This document shows positions 8,904 to 15,879 of a stretch of DNA of 32,000 bases, in pieces (the stretch's first letter is position 1; every line of letters starts with the position of its first letter). The translations under genes and the position numbers were made by a program. The notes beneath the pieces were generated by a model. It was not told the DNA's origin. It did no database searches and saw only the letters and a list, made by a program, of their open reading frames with translations. The DNA is from an uncultured Veillonellaceae bacterium (lineage in GTDB: Bacteria; Bacillota; Negativicutes; Selenomonadales; Selenomonadaceae), in NCBI GenBank assembly GCA_900315615.1, contig OMZT01000027.1, positions 5,865-37,864 on the forward strand. The letters run 5' to 3'.

Positions 8904-11282
8904 TTGAGTACTAGGAGATACAGGGCATTCGTGGCAGCAGCGATCGTTGTTGGGGTTGCAACGGCTGCTGGCACAGCAGTGTATGCTGAGGGCGCGGTCA
9001 TAGCACCAGCACTGCCTCAGGATATGACGATAACGTCGGGAACCGCATCTTCATCTGGGAGCAGTGCGGAAGCCAAGAAGGGGAAAGACGCTGGACAGAC
9101 CTCTCAGACAGAGAGTAATGGAGAAAAGCCCACCGATAACACCACGGCACAGAGTGGTCAGACGGTCTTAGCACCGGCACTGCCGCAGGGCATGTCCATA
9201 AAGGGCGGCACGGCGTCACAGTCTGATATACTCACTGTAGACCCTAAGGCTCCTGATATAACAAACCCGAATGCGGAGGAAAAGCCCGCAGAGACAGCAC
9301 AAAAGATGGAGGCTGCACCAGCTGCAACGGAAGCAGCACCAACTGCACCGTCGCCAGCTGCAACAGAAGCTGCACCAGCTGCAACGGCACCAGCACCGGC
9401 TGCAACGGAAGCGGCACCAGAGAGTGCACCATCATCAGGGACACCGTCTGCTGGGGCTCAGTTACCTGCACCGACTCTGCCGTCACCATCAATGCCAGGA
9501 TCGTCATCGACAGATTTCGATTTCGGCACACCAAAGTCAGAGCGTGGCACCAGTGTGTCCGGCGTCGATGCCGACCCTAGAATGGTGGAATGGAATTCCA
9601 AACGCCCTGAGGAGCAGAAGATACATGAGCGTCTTCAGAAGATAGAGGGGAAGACAATCGTTGACGTCGTCTGTGAAGGTGCAAGCGAGTCTACGCTTGC
9701 TACCGCGAAAGCAGCACTGACAGAGCGTGCAGGGGACAAGTTCAGCGTGGATGTCATGGAGAACGACCGCTCTGCGATATATTCGACAGGCTATTTCTAC
9801 GATCTCTATCCGAGCTTTGAAGAGGTGCCAGAAGGCGTTGTCGTGACCTTCCATCTGCTGGAGAATCCTATACTGAAGTCTGTTGATATCGCCGGCAATA
9901 CAGTTGTGAAGACAGAGACACTCAGGTCGCTGCTCACGGTGAAGACTGGAGCAATCATGAACAGCGCCGAGCTGCAGCGCAATATCAGGGATATGCAGCA
10001 GGAATACCGCAAGGATGGCTATATACTTGCAAAAGTAAGTGACCTGCGTATGGATATGGATGGCTCCTTGCATATAAGGATCAATGAGGGAACTCTCGAG
10101 GGCTATAAGATAAAGGGCAACAAGAAGACGAAGGATTATGTTATCCTGCGTGAGATGAGGCAGAAAGTCGGAGAGCCGTTCAACGCGACGAAAGCGCGTC
10201 GAAGCATGCAGCGCGTGTATAACTTGGGATTCTTCGAAGATGTCAACATGAAGCTCAATCCTGGTATAGAGCCGAATGCCGTCGTGCTCGAGATAGATAT
10301 CAAGGAAAAATCAACGGGTACATTCGGTGTAGGTGCAGGCTATAGCAGTGAAGATGGCATCATCGGTATGTTGAACCTCGGTGATACGAACTTCAGGGGC
10401 ACTGGCGACGCCGTGAATATCATGTACGAGATGAGCGGCGACGATGATGATGCACATGGATATACATTCTCATATCGTCATCCGTATATGGATAAGCATG
10501 AGACGACGGGTACGTTCCGCATATATAACCGTACCTATCAGTATGATGACTACGATTCGGACGGCGACTTCATCGAGGAATACATGAGGAAGTACAAGGG
10601 CGGCGAGATAACGGTCGCAAGGCCTGTGAGTGAGTATTCGACGAATGTCATAACGCTCAGGAACCGCGATGACAAGTACGTCAAGTACGAGGAAGACGAG
10701 GGCGGCATAGACCGCAGCGGCGAAAACTACAGGTGGTGGCGTGAGAAGAACTTCGGCCTCACGAGAAGTGTCACGCTTGCACATATCACGGATAACCGCG
10801 ATAATATATATTTCCCGACGATGGGCGGCCGTATAGAACTTTCGACTGAGATAGCGGGCTTCGGAGGAGATTTTGACTTCCAGAAGTACGTGATAGAGGA
10901 TCAGCGCTATTTCAAGGTCGGTCATGCGCAGGTCATAGCTACGCGCGCACAGGCCGGCTATGGTCACGGCAGTATCTCTGAGTCCAACCAGTTCCGTATC
11001 GGTGGTCAGGACACGATCAGAGGCTATCGTGAGCAACAGTTCCGCGGCAATAAGATGCTGCTGGGAACCGTTGAGTACCGCTTCCCGATAACAGGAAAGG
11101 TGCAGGGCGCGCTCTTCACAGATTGGGGTAATGCGTGGGAGGATAAAGGCGCTCCAGACGAGGTGCATGGCAGCTTCGGCGCAGGTCTTTCATTGAATAC
11201 GCCGCTCGGTCCTATCCGTATAGATTGGGGTCGTGGCTCGCAGGGTAGCCGTGTGCACTTCATGGTTGGTAATTCGTTCTGA
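8904..11282 (+). CDS. bamA: BamA/Omp85 outer membrane protein assembly factor with long disordered N-terminal extension
   Basis: 792 aa. TTG start with SD gggagga at 8888-8894. Signal peptide (...AAGTAVYA/EG). About 200 aa are low-complexity. Three POTRA-sized units span aa ~248-468. The Omp85 barrel starts at KSTGTFGVGAGYSSEDG and contains RIGGQDTIRGY. It ends ...RVHFMVGNSF. Confidence 0.9.
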   Translation: MSTRRYRAFVAAAIVVGVATAAGTAVYAEGAVIAPALPQDMTITSGTASSSGSSAEAKKGKDAGQTSQTESNGEKPTDNTTAQSGQTVLAPALPQGMSIKGGTASQSDILTVDPKAPDITNPNAEEKPAETAQKMEAAPAATEAAPTAPSPAATEAAPAATAPAPAATEAAPESAPSSGTPSAGAQLPAPTLPSPSMPGSSSTDFDFGTPKSERGTSVSGVDADPRMVEWNSKRPEEQKIHERLQKIEGKTIVDVVCEGASESTLATAKAALTERAGDKFSVDVMENDRSAIYSTGYFYDLYPSFEEVPEGVVVTFHLLENPILKSVDIAGNTVVKTETLRSLLTVKTGAIMNSAELQRNIRDMQQEYRKDGYILAKVSDLRMDMDGSLHIRINEGTLEGYKIKGNKKTKDYVILREMRQKVGEPFNATKARRSMQRVYNLGFFEDVNMKLNPGIEPNAVVLEIDIKEKSTGTFGVGAGYSSEDGIIGMLNLGDTNFRGTGDAVNIMYEMSGDDDDAHGYTFSYRHPYMDKHETTGTFRIYNRTYQYDDYDSDGDFIEEYMRKYKGGEITVARPVSEYSTNVITLRNRDDKYVKYEEDEGGIDRSGENYRWWREKNFGLTRSVTLAHITDNRDNIYFPTMGGRIELSTEIAGFGGDFDFQKYVIEDQRYFKVGHAQVIATRAQAGYGHGSISESNQFRIGGQDTIRGYREQQFRGNKMLLGTVEYRFPITGKVQGALFTDWGNAWEDKGAPDEVHGSFGAGLSLNTPLGPIRIDWGRGSQGSRVHFMVGNSF
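9312..9428 (+). repeat. imperfect in-frame tandem repeat encoding (P)AATEAAP units inside bamA
   Basis: The DNA repeats gcaccagctgcaacggaagc / gcaccagctgcaacggcacc / ggctgcaacggaagcggcacc. The protein reads AAPAATEAAPTAPSPAATEAAPAATAPAPAATEAAPES. Confidence 0.7.
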
Positions 11283-11298
11283 TCATATCAACTTTTCA

Positions 11299-11333
11299 AG
11301 GACTGCAGGAGAATACCCTGCGGTCCTTTTGTT
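11299..11333 (+). terminator. rho-independent terminator after bamA
   Basis: An 11-bp stem aggactgcagg / cctgcggtcct (one G-U pair) with a 7-nt loop, followed by ttttgtt. Confidence 0.6.
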
Positions 11334-11369
11334 CAACATATACGAATCCTTTGCTGGAGGTGAGGTTGC

Positions 11370-12662
11370 TTGAGGTTTTTAGAGAGATACGCTGCTATAG
11401 CTTTGATCATGGCCGTTCTCATGCTTGAGGTACATACGGTGCAGGCGGCATCCGAAGAACGGATAGAGAGCATTGATGTATCGGTAAGTGCAGGCAGCCT
11501 TCCACCTGCAGTTGGAAAGCGCATGGAGGACAGTATACGCGTGATCGCTTCGCAGCTGATGGATGGAAAGACCATCAAGGCTGCTGAGGAATCTAAGGAG
11601 CATGACGCATCTCTCATACATGAAGTGTTTGATAAGCTGCTCGTGGGATATACGGTCGAGGATGTAAAAGTCGTGCCGGGCAGGACGGCTTCGATACAGG
11701 TATCTCTCATACCGTGGGACTATATCATACAAAGGACTGTGGTATCGGTAGATGTCGAGGGAATGCCGGATGAGGTACGTACCATGGTGCTTCATGACGC
11801 GAAAGGGCTGGAAATGGTGTTCGATTCCGTCATGACGGGATTGCCAACGGCCGCTGCGGACTGGACCAATGGCGTATTGAAACATAATGTCGACAGCTTC
11901 ATGAACGAGCATTTGCCAGAATTCAGGGCTGACTTTGAGGTAGAGCCGGATGAGATAACGAAGGTTCATGTGGTGCTTTATCCGAGACTTCCAGTAGTGA
12001 GGACGACGGATCTGTCGATGCGCTCCGATACCGTACCGAATCTCTTCCTTGTGAATCATAGGAAACTGATGGAGGAGAGGACTCATCTCTTCCTCGGGGT
12101 ACCGTCTGCTTTCGTTGGGCGTCATAGGCAGGAGATAGAGAAAATGCTTGCAGAGACGCTTGACTCCAGGAGAGAGTTCATGGCAGCGGGAATACATACG
12201 AAGGCTTCTATCGAGCCCGGCGAGTATATGACGATCATGCTCAGGTCTGATACCGCGAAGTATCGCTGGAGGATAGAGGGCTATGCGGATGTTTCGCGTG
12301 ACGGAAGCGGTGACCGCGATACGCGGGTTCGTATGTATGCGGGCGGAATGCTCAGCAGCAGGGATATGCTATATGCGAGGCTCGATTTCTATCCGCAAGC
12401 GGTCGATTGGAAATTTGCCGCAGGGTATGAGAGACGGCTCAGGAAATGGCTTTTTGCGGATTTCGTGTTCGATGCAGAGTATGGCAAGGCTGAGCTTGGC
12501 ATGAGGGCGATACTTTCACCATTTTGGCAGCTTAGATATGAATACCGTTATGCAGATCATATGGGTGAGGGAGCATTACGCTACAAGCTGCATGATTTCT
12601 TGAGCCTGGAGTATGCTGCTGATCCTGATGGACGCTGGCTGCGTGTTATCGGTGATTTCTGA
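11370..12662 (+). CDS. hypothetical secreted protein with OMP-type C-terminal beta region (unknown family)
   Basis: 430 aa. TTG start with SD ggaggtgagg at 11356-11365. Signal peptide (AAIALIMAVLMLEVHTVQA/AS). The N-terminal domain is ~290 aa of mixed alpha/beta character. The last ~135 aa have aromatic-alternating strands (YRWRIEGYADV, VRMYAGGML, LYARLDFYP, WKFAAGYERR, LFADFVFDAEY, WQLRYEYRYA, ALRYKLHDFLSLEYA) and end RWLRVIGDF. Confidence 0.65.
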   Translation: MRFLERYAAIALIMAVLMLEVHTVQAASEERIESIDVSVSAGSLPPAVGKRMEDSIRVIASQLMDGKTIKAAEESKEHDASLIHEVFDKLLVGYTVEDVKVVPGRTASIQVSLIPWDYIIQRTVVSVDVEGMPDEVRTMVLHDAKGLEMVFDSVMTGLPTAAADWTNGVLKHNVDSFMNEHLPEFRADFEVEPDEITKVHVVLYPRLPVVRTTDLSMRSDTVPNLFLVNHRKLMEERTHLFLGVPSAFVGRHRQEIEKMLAETLDSRREFMAAGIHTKASIEPGEYMTIMLRSDTAKYRWRIEGYADVSRDGSGDRDTRVRMYAGGMLSSRDMLYARLDFYPQAVDWKFAAGYERRLRKWLFADFVFDAEYGKAELGMRAILSPFWQLRYEYRYADHMGEGALRYKLHDFLSLEYAADPDGRWLRVIGDF

Positions 12663-12740
12663 TAAGGCTTGCGGCTCATGAAACGATGAACGCGTATGAT
12701 CTGTCGGGAAAACTTTACGCTATATGGTGAATATAAAAAT

Positions 12741-12782
12741 GTGACCATTGCAACATCTTAGAGGTTTTCTTCATGATATAAT
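12741..12782 (+). promoter_or_regulatory. promoter of the Crp/Fnr-ccm operon: extended -10 plus upstream Crp/Fnr-type half-palindrome
   Basis: TGaTATAAT (TG 12774-12775, TATAAT 12777-12782). GTGAC-CATT-GCAAC at 12741-12754 is centred 41.5 bp upstream of the inferred +1 (~12789). No good -35 is present. Confidence 0.45.
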
Positions 12783-12797
12783 AAGGCAATACCTGTT

Positions 12798-13499
12798 TTG
12801 AAGGGGATGAAAATACTGGTTATGGAACTTTGCGGCGCGGATCTCATGGGATTGCCCTTGTTCAAGGATTTGTCTGAAAAGGAGATCGATCAATTCTTGC
12901 AGGCTACGGGTGTGCAGATAAAAACGTATGGAAAAAAAGAGCGCATCCTGAGGGCTTACGAGAAAAACAACTGTATCGGTGTCATCGTAGAGGGCGAGGC
13001 ATTTGTCATAACAGAGGACAGGTTCGGCAATGAGTCGATCAGTCATCAACTGCAGCGTGGCTCGATGTTCGGCAGCACATCGGCCATTCTGCCAGTGACA
13101 AATATCAGCTCAATCGAGACGATTACGCCGACTACGGCTATCCTCGTGACCTATCATGATCTTATTACTGTGGGCCCGCGGTTAGGACGTATTCATGGCG
13201 TTGTCATGAAGAACCTCCTCGAGGCATTCTCGCGAAAGAATTTCCTTATGATGCAAAAAGTCGAGCTGCTCACACAGAAATCACTGCGCGAGCGGATTAT
13301 CCTCTATCTCCTTCAGCAAGAAAAACAAGAGCGTGGAGAAAATGGGAAGATACCGGTGCCAGGACGCATACGTCTCGCAAAGATACTTGAGTGCAATCGC
13401 AGTGCACTGACGCGCGAGGTCAGATCCATGGAAGAGAAGGGAATCCTGATATGCGGAGAGGACTGGATGCAGCTCGTCAAGGATAAGTTGAATGACTGA
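12798..13499 (+). CDS. Crp/Fnr-family transcriptional regulator
   Basis: cNMP-binding-like beta-roll (LPLFKDLSEKEIDQFL...IGVIVEGEAFVI...GSMFG). C-terminal HTH (RIRLAKILECNRSALTREVRSMEEKGIL). There is no FNR-type N-terminal Cys cluster. The start is ambiguous: TTG 12798, ATG 12807 or ATG 12822. Confidence 0.85.
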   Translation: MKGMKILVMELCGADLMGLPLFKDLSEKEIDQFLQATGVQIKTYGKKERILRAYEKNNCIGVIVEGEAFVITEDRFGNESISHQLQRGSMFGSTSAILPVTNISSIETITPTTAILVTYHDLITVGPRLGRIHGVVMKNLLEAFSRKNFLMMQKVELLTQKSLRERIILYLLQQEKQERGENGKIPVPGRIRLAKILECNRSALTREVRSMEEKGILICGEDWMQLVKDKLND

Positions 13500-13535
13500 T
13501 TCGTTTCGGCGTAATCGGTCATCGAGGAGAAGTGT

Positions 13536-14156
13536 ATGATCGAGATTACCTTTGAAGATGTATGCGCGGCCTATGGAGAGCATGTGATATTTTCCCATTT
13601 ATCGAAAAGGGTCATCGGAGGCCACATAACGGCTGTCACGGGTGAGAATGGCAGCGGGAAATCGACACTCCTGCGTCTGGCAGGGCATTTACTTCATGCA
13701 CAGGTGGGGCATGTCTTAGTGCGTGTCGATGGCAAGGAGATTCGTCAATCTGAGCTGCGCTCACATATCGCGATGGTGACACCAGAGATGAAGCTATACG
13801 ATCAGCTGACGGCGCGTGAAAATATGGATTTCTTGCTTAGACTTCGTGGCGTCGCACTAACGGATGCGATGTATAAGGATTGTATCCGCCATGTCGGGCT
13901 TTCTGAGGAGGAACTAGAGGGTAAATATATAGGCACATTTTCGACGGGTATGCGGCAGCGCCTAAAGCTTGCCGTCCTATTCCTTTCGGGGGCGGATATA
14001 TGGCTCCTTGATGAGCCCGGGGCGAACCTTGATGCGGCTGGACGTGGAATGCTCCTTCAGGCGTCGCGTCAGGCGGCCGATATGGGGCGTATCGTCCTCA
14101 TTGCGACGAATGATAACGAAGAGGAGGCGGCAGCCGATGATACCATCCGCCTTTGA
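13536..14156 (+). CDS. ccmA: heme exporter ATP-binding protein CcmA
   Basis: 206 aa. Walker A GENGSGKST, signature-like FSTGMRQRLKLA, Walker B IWLLDEP. Operon context with ccmBCEF. Confidence 0.85.
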   Translation: MIEITFEDVCAAYGEHVIFSHLSKRVIGGHITAVTGENGSGKSTLLRLAGHLLHAQVGHVLVRVDGKEIRQSELRSHIAMVTPEMKLYDQLTARENMDFLLRLRGVALTDAMYKDCIRHVGLSEEELEGKYIGTFSTGMRQRLKLAVLFLSGADIWLLDEPGANLDAAGRGMLLQASRQAADMGRIVLIATNDNEEEAAADDTIRL

Positions 14157-14808
14157 GGGAGCGCGCATTGTCATGTGCAAGGAGCTGCGCGTAAGCTTTA
14201 GGCAGCAGGCGGGCTGGTGCGCGATGCTCATGTTCGCACTCACGACGCTTGCCTGCGTGAGCCTGAGTCTCTCTGGCGGCATTTTAGAGCCTAAGCTGCA
14301 GGCAGCTCTCCTTTGGGTGATCTTGTTTTTCTCCTCTATGGCGGGTGCTGATCGCGGATTTGCCGATGAGGATATGGCGGGGACGCTTCCCACGCTTCGG
14401 CTCTATGGAGCTTCGCAAAGTGTGCTCTGGGGAAAAGTAGGATATACGTTCTGTCTGCTGCTAATACTTGCTGCTTTCTTAGTGCCGCTCTACCTGATTT
14501 TTCTCGATGTGATGATCTTAAGGCCGCTATGGCTGCTGGCAGCCATTATCGTTGGGATGGCAGGCCTCTCGATTGCAGGTACGCTTCTCGGTGCACTTGC
14601 CACGGGTGCGAGCGTGCGCGGCGGAATATTTACCGTACTCATGCTGCCAGTGATATTGCCGGTATTCCTTCCGGGCATCGCACTTACAGACATGGCATTT
14701 GGTGGTGAAGGTGGCTCAGGCTCATATCTTTTAGGAATGATACTTTACGACCTCATGCTAGGTGTGGCGGCATCATTGCTTTTCGATTATCTCTGGTATG
14801 ATGATTGA
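14137..14808 (+). CDS. ccmB: heme exporter membrane protein CcmB
   Basis: The ORF-track frame starts at 13969, but that part overlaps ccmA. I trimmed it to ATG 14137, which has SD gaggagg at 14121-14127. The KELRVSFRQ N-terminus resembles E. coli CcmB LELRVAFR. The protein is polytopic and hydrophobic. Confidence 0.8.
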   Translation: MIPSAFEGARIVMCKELRVSFRQQAGWCAMLMFALTTLACVSLSLSGGILEPKLQAALLWVILFFSSMAGADRGFADEDMAGTLPTLRLYGASQSVLWGKVGYTFCLLLILAAFLVPLYLIFLDVMILRPLWLLAAIIVGMAGLSIAGTLLGALATGASVRGGIFTVLMLPVILPVFLPGIALTDMAFGGEGGSGSYLLGMILYDLMLGVAASLLFDYLWYDD

Positions 14809-14845
14809 TTGTCTATGGGAATAAACTGAAAAGAGAGGGACATCT

Positions 14846-15499
14846 ATGCCTGTGATTCATTACATTGCTTTTGCCCTGACAGCAGCCGTGATCTTCACGG
14901 TGGTCTTTGTCGTACCGCCAGCAGAGGGATTAGGAAACTACGTGCGGCTTGCCTTTTTTCATATCCCAGTGGCATGGGTGTCAGTGCTCGCATTCCTGAT
15001 GAGTGCGTGGTGGGGGCAGAAGGTCCTGCGTCATCACGACATGCTGGCAGATGCGAAGTCTGCGGCTTCGGCAAGGCTCGGCTTTATCTTTACGGTGCTT
15101 GCGACAGTCAGCGGTGCAGTCTTTTCTAAGCTGACCTGGGGCAGCTACTGGAACTGGGATCCGCGACAGACGACGATTTTCGTGCTGCTTCTTATCTACG
15201 GTGCTTATCTTACGCTGCGTGCAGCGATACCTACGCAGCGGCGTGCAAGGGTCTCTGCCGTATATGCGCTGTTCTCGTTCTTGACGGTGCCTTTCCTCGT
15301 GTTCATCATTCCGAGACTTTATTTTTCACTGCACCCACAGCCCGTGATAAATGGTAGCGGTCATATCGAGATGGATCCTGTTTTTCTCTGGACACTGATT
15401 GCAGCACTCCTGGATATGACAATCATCTATTGGGGTCTGCTGTACCATATCGTATGTGGTCATAGACATAAAGATGGGAAGGATGGTGAAACCATATGA
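14846..15499 (+). CDS. ccmC: heme export/handling protein CcmC
   Basis: 217 aa. WWD-type Trp-rich motif WGSYWNWDPRQT, flanked by conserved His in FFHIPVAW and YFSLHPQP. Confidence 0.9.
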   Translation: MPVIHYIAFALTAAVIFTVVFVVPPAEGLGNYVRLAFFHIPVAWVSVLAFLMSAWWGQKVLRHHDMLADAKSAASARLGFIFTVLATVSGAVFSKLTWGSYWNWDPRQTTIFVLLLIYGAYLTLRAAIPTQRRARVSAVYALFSFLTVPFLVFIIPRLYFSLHPQPVINGSGHIEMDPVFLWTLIAALLDMTIIYWGLLYHIVCGHRHKDGKDGETI

Positions 15500-15879
15500 G
15501 CAAGAAAGGGAAATTGATGCTGCTTGTCCTTCTTGTCGTCGGATTTGTCGGCTATGCGGCATGGAGTTTTTCGGATTCTGTGACGCCATATGTGGGAGTC
15601 GACGAAGCAATGAAGTCGAATGGCAATGTGCAGGTCAAGGGGCTGCTCGATAAGTCCGCCGCGCCTTCGCATATGGAGGGAGAAGATTTCGTCTTTACAT
15701 TAAAGGATCAGGATACAGGCTCGACATTGCCGGTCCGTTATCACGGCACGAAACCGGATCAGTTCGATGAGGCTTACCATATCGTAGCTATCGGGAAATA
15801 TCGGGATGGAGAGTTCATAGCAAGCAAGCTCCTGATCAAATGCCCGTCCAAGTATGAAAAAGAAAAGGGGAAAGTCTGA
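15496..15879 (+). CDS. ccmE: heme chaperone CcmE, CxxxY variant
   Basis: 127 aa. The ATG overlaps the ccmC stop (ATGA). N-terminal TM anchor followed by an OB-fold-like body. The C-terminal KCPSKY sits where canonical CcmE has H-x-x-x-Y. Confidence 0.85.
   Translation: MSKKGKLMLLVLLVVGFVGYAAWSFSDSVTPYVGVDEAMKSNGNVQVKGLLDKSAAPSHMEGEDFVFTLKDQDTGSTLPVRYHGTKPDQFDEAYHIVAIGKYRDGEFIASKLLIKCPSKYEKEKGKV

Noticed and set aside
9271-9645. 124-aa alternative-frame + strand ORF (Q/H/R-rich) across the bamA repeat region
   Set aside because: It is a frame-shifted reading of the GCA/CCA/GCT-rich repeat DNA. The bamA frame is continuous with the signal peptide and POTRA domains.
10470-11168. 232-aa minus-strand ORF inside bamA
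   Set aside because: It is antisense to the conserved Omp85 barrel region and has no motifs or RBS. It is a chance open frame in a mid-GC gene.
11379-12197. 272-aa minus-strand ORF opposite the 430-aa unknown gene
   Set aside because: The plus-strand ORF has a strong SD, a signal peptide and an OMP-type C-terminus. It also fits the uniformly + orientation of the locus. The minus-strand product is H/R/Y-rich with no features.
13969-14136. ORF-track N-terminal extension of ccmB (start 13969)
   Set aside because: These 56 codons overlap the Walker B and C-terminal region of ccmA in another frame and encode a non-hydrophobic R/S-rich peptide. ATG 14137 has a proper SD (gaggagg) and gives a normal-length CcmB.
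15456-15653. 65-aa + strand ORF at the ccmC/ccmE junction, considered as a missing ccmD
   Set aside because: It is out of frame across both ccmC and ccmE. It is Cys/Arg-rich with no hydrophobic helix, whereas CcmD is a small single-TM protein.
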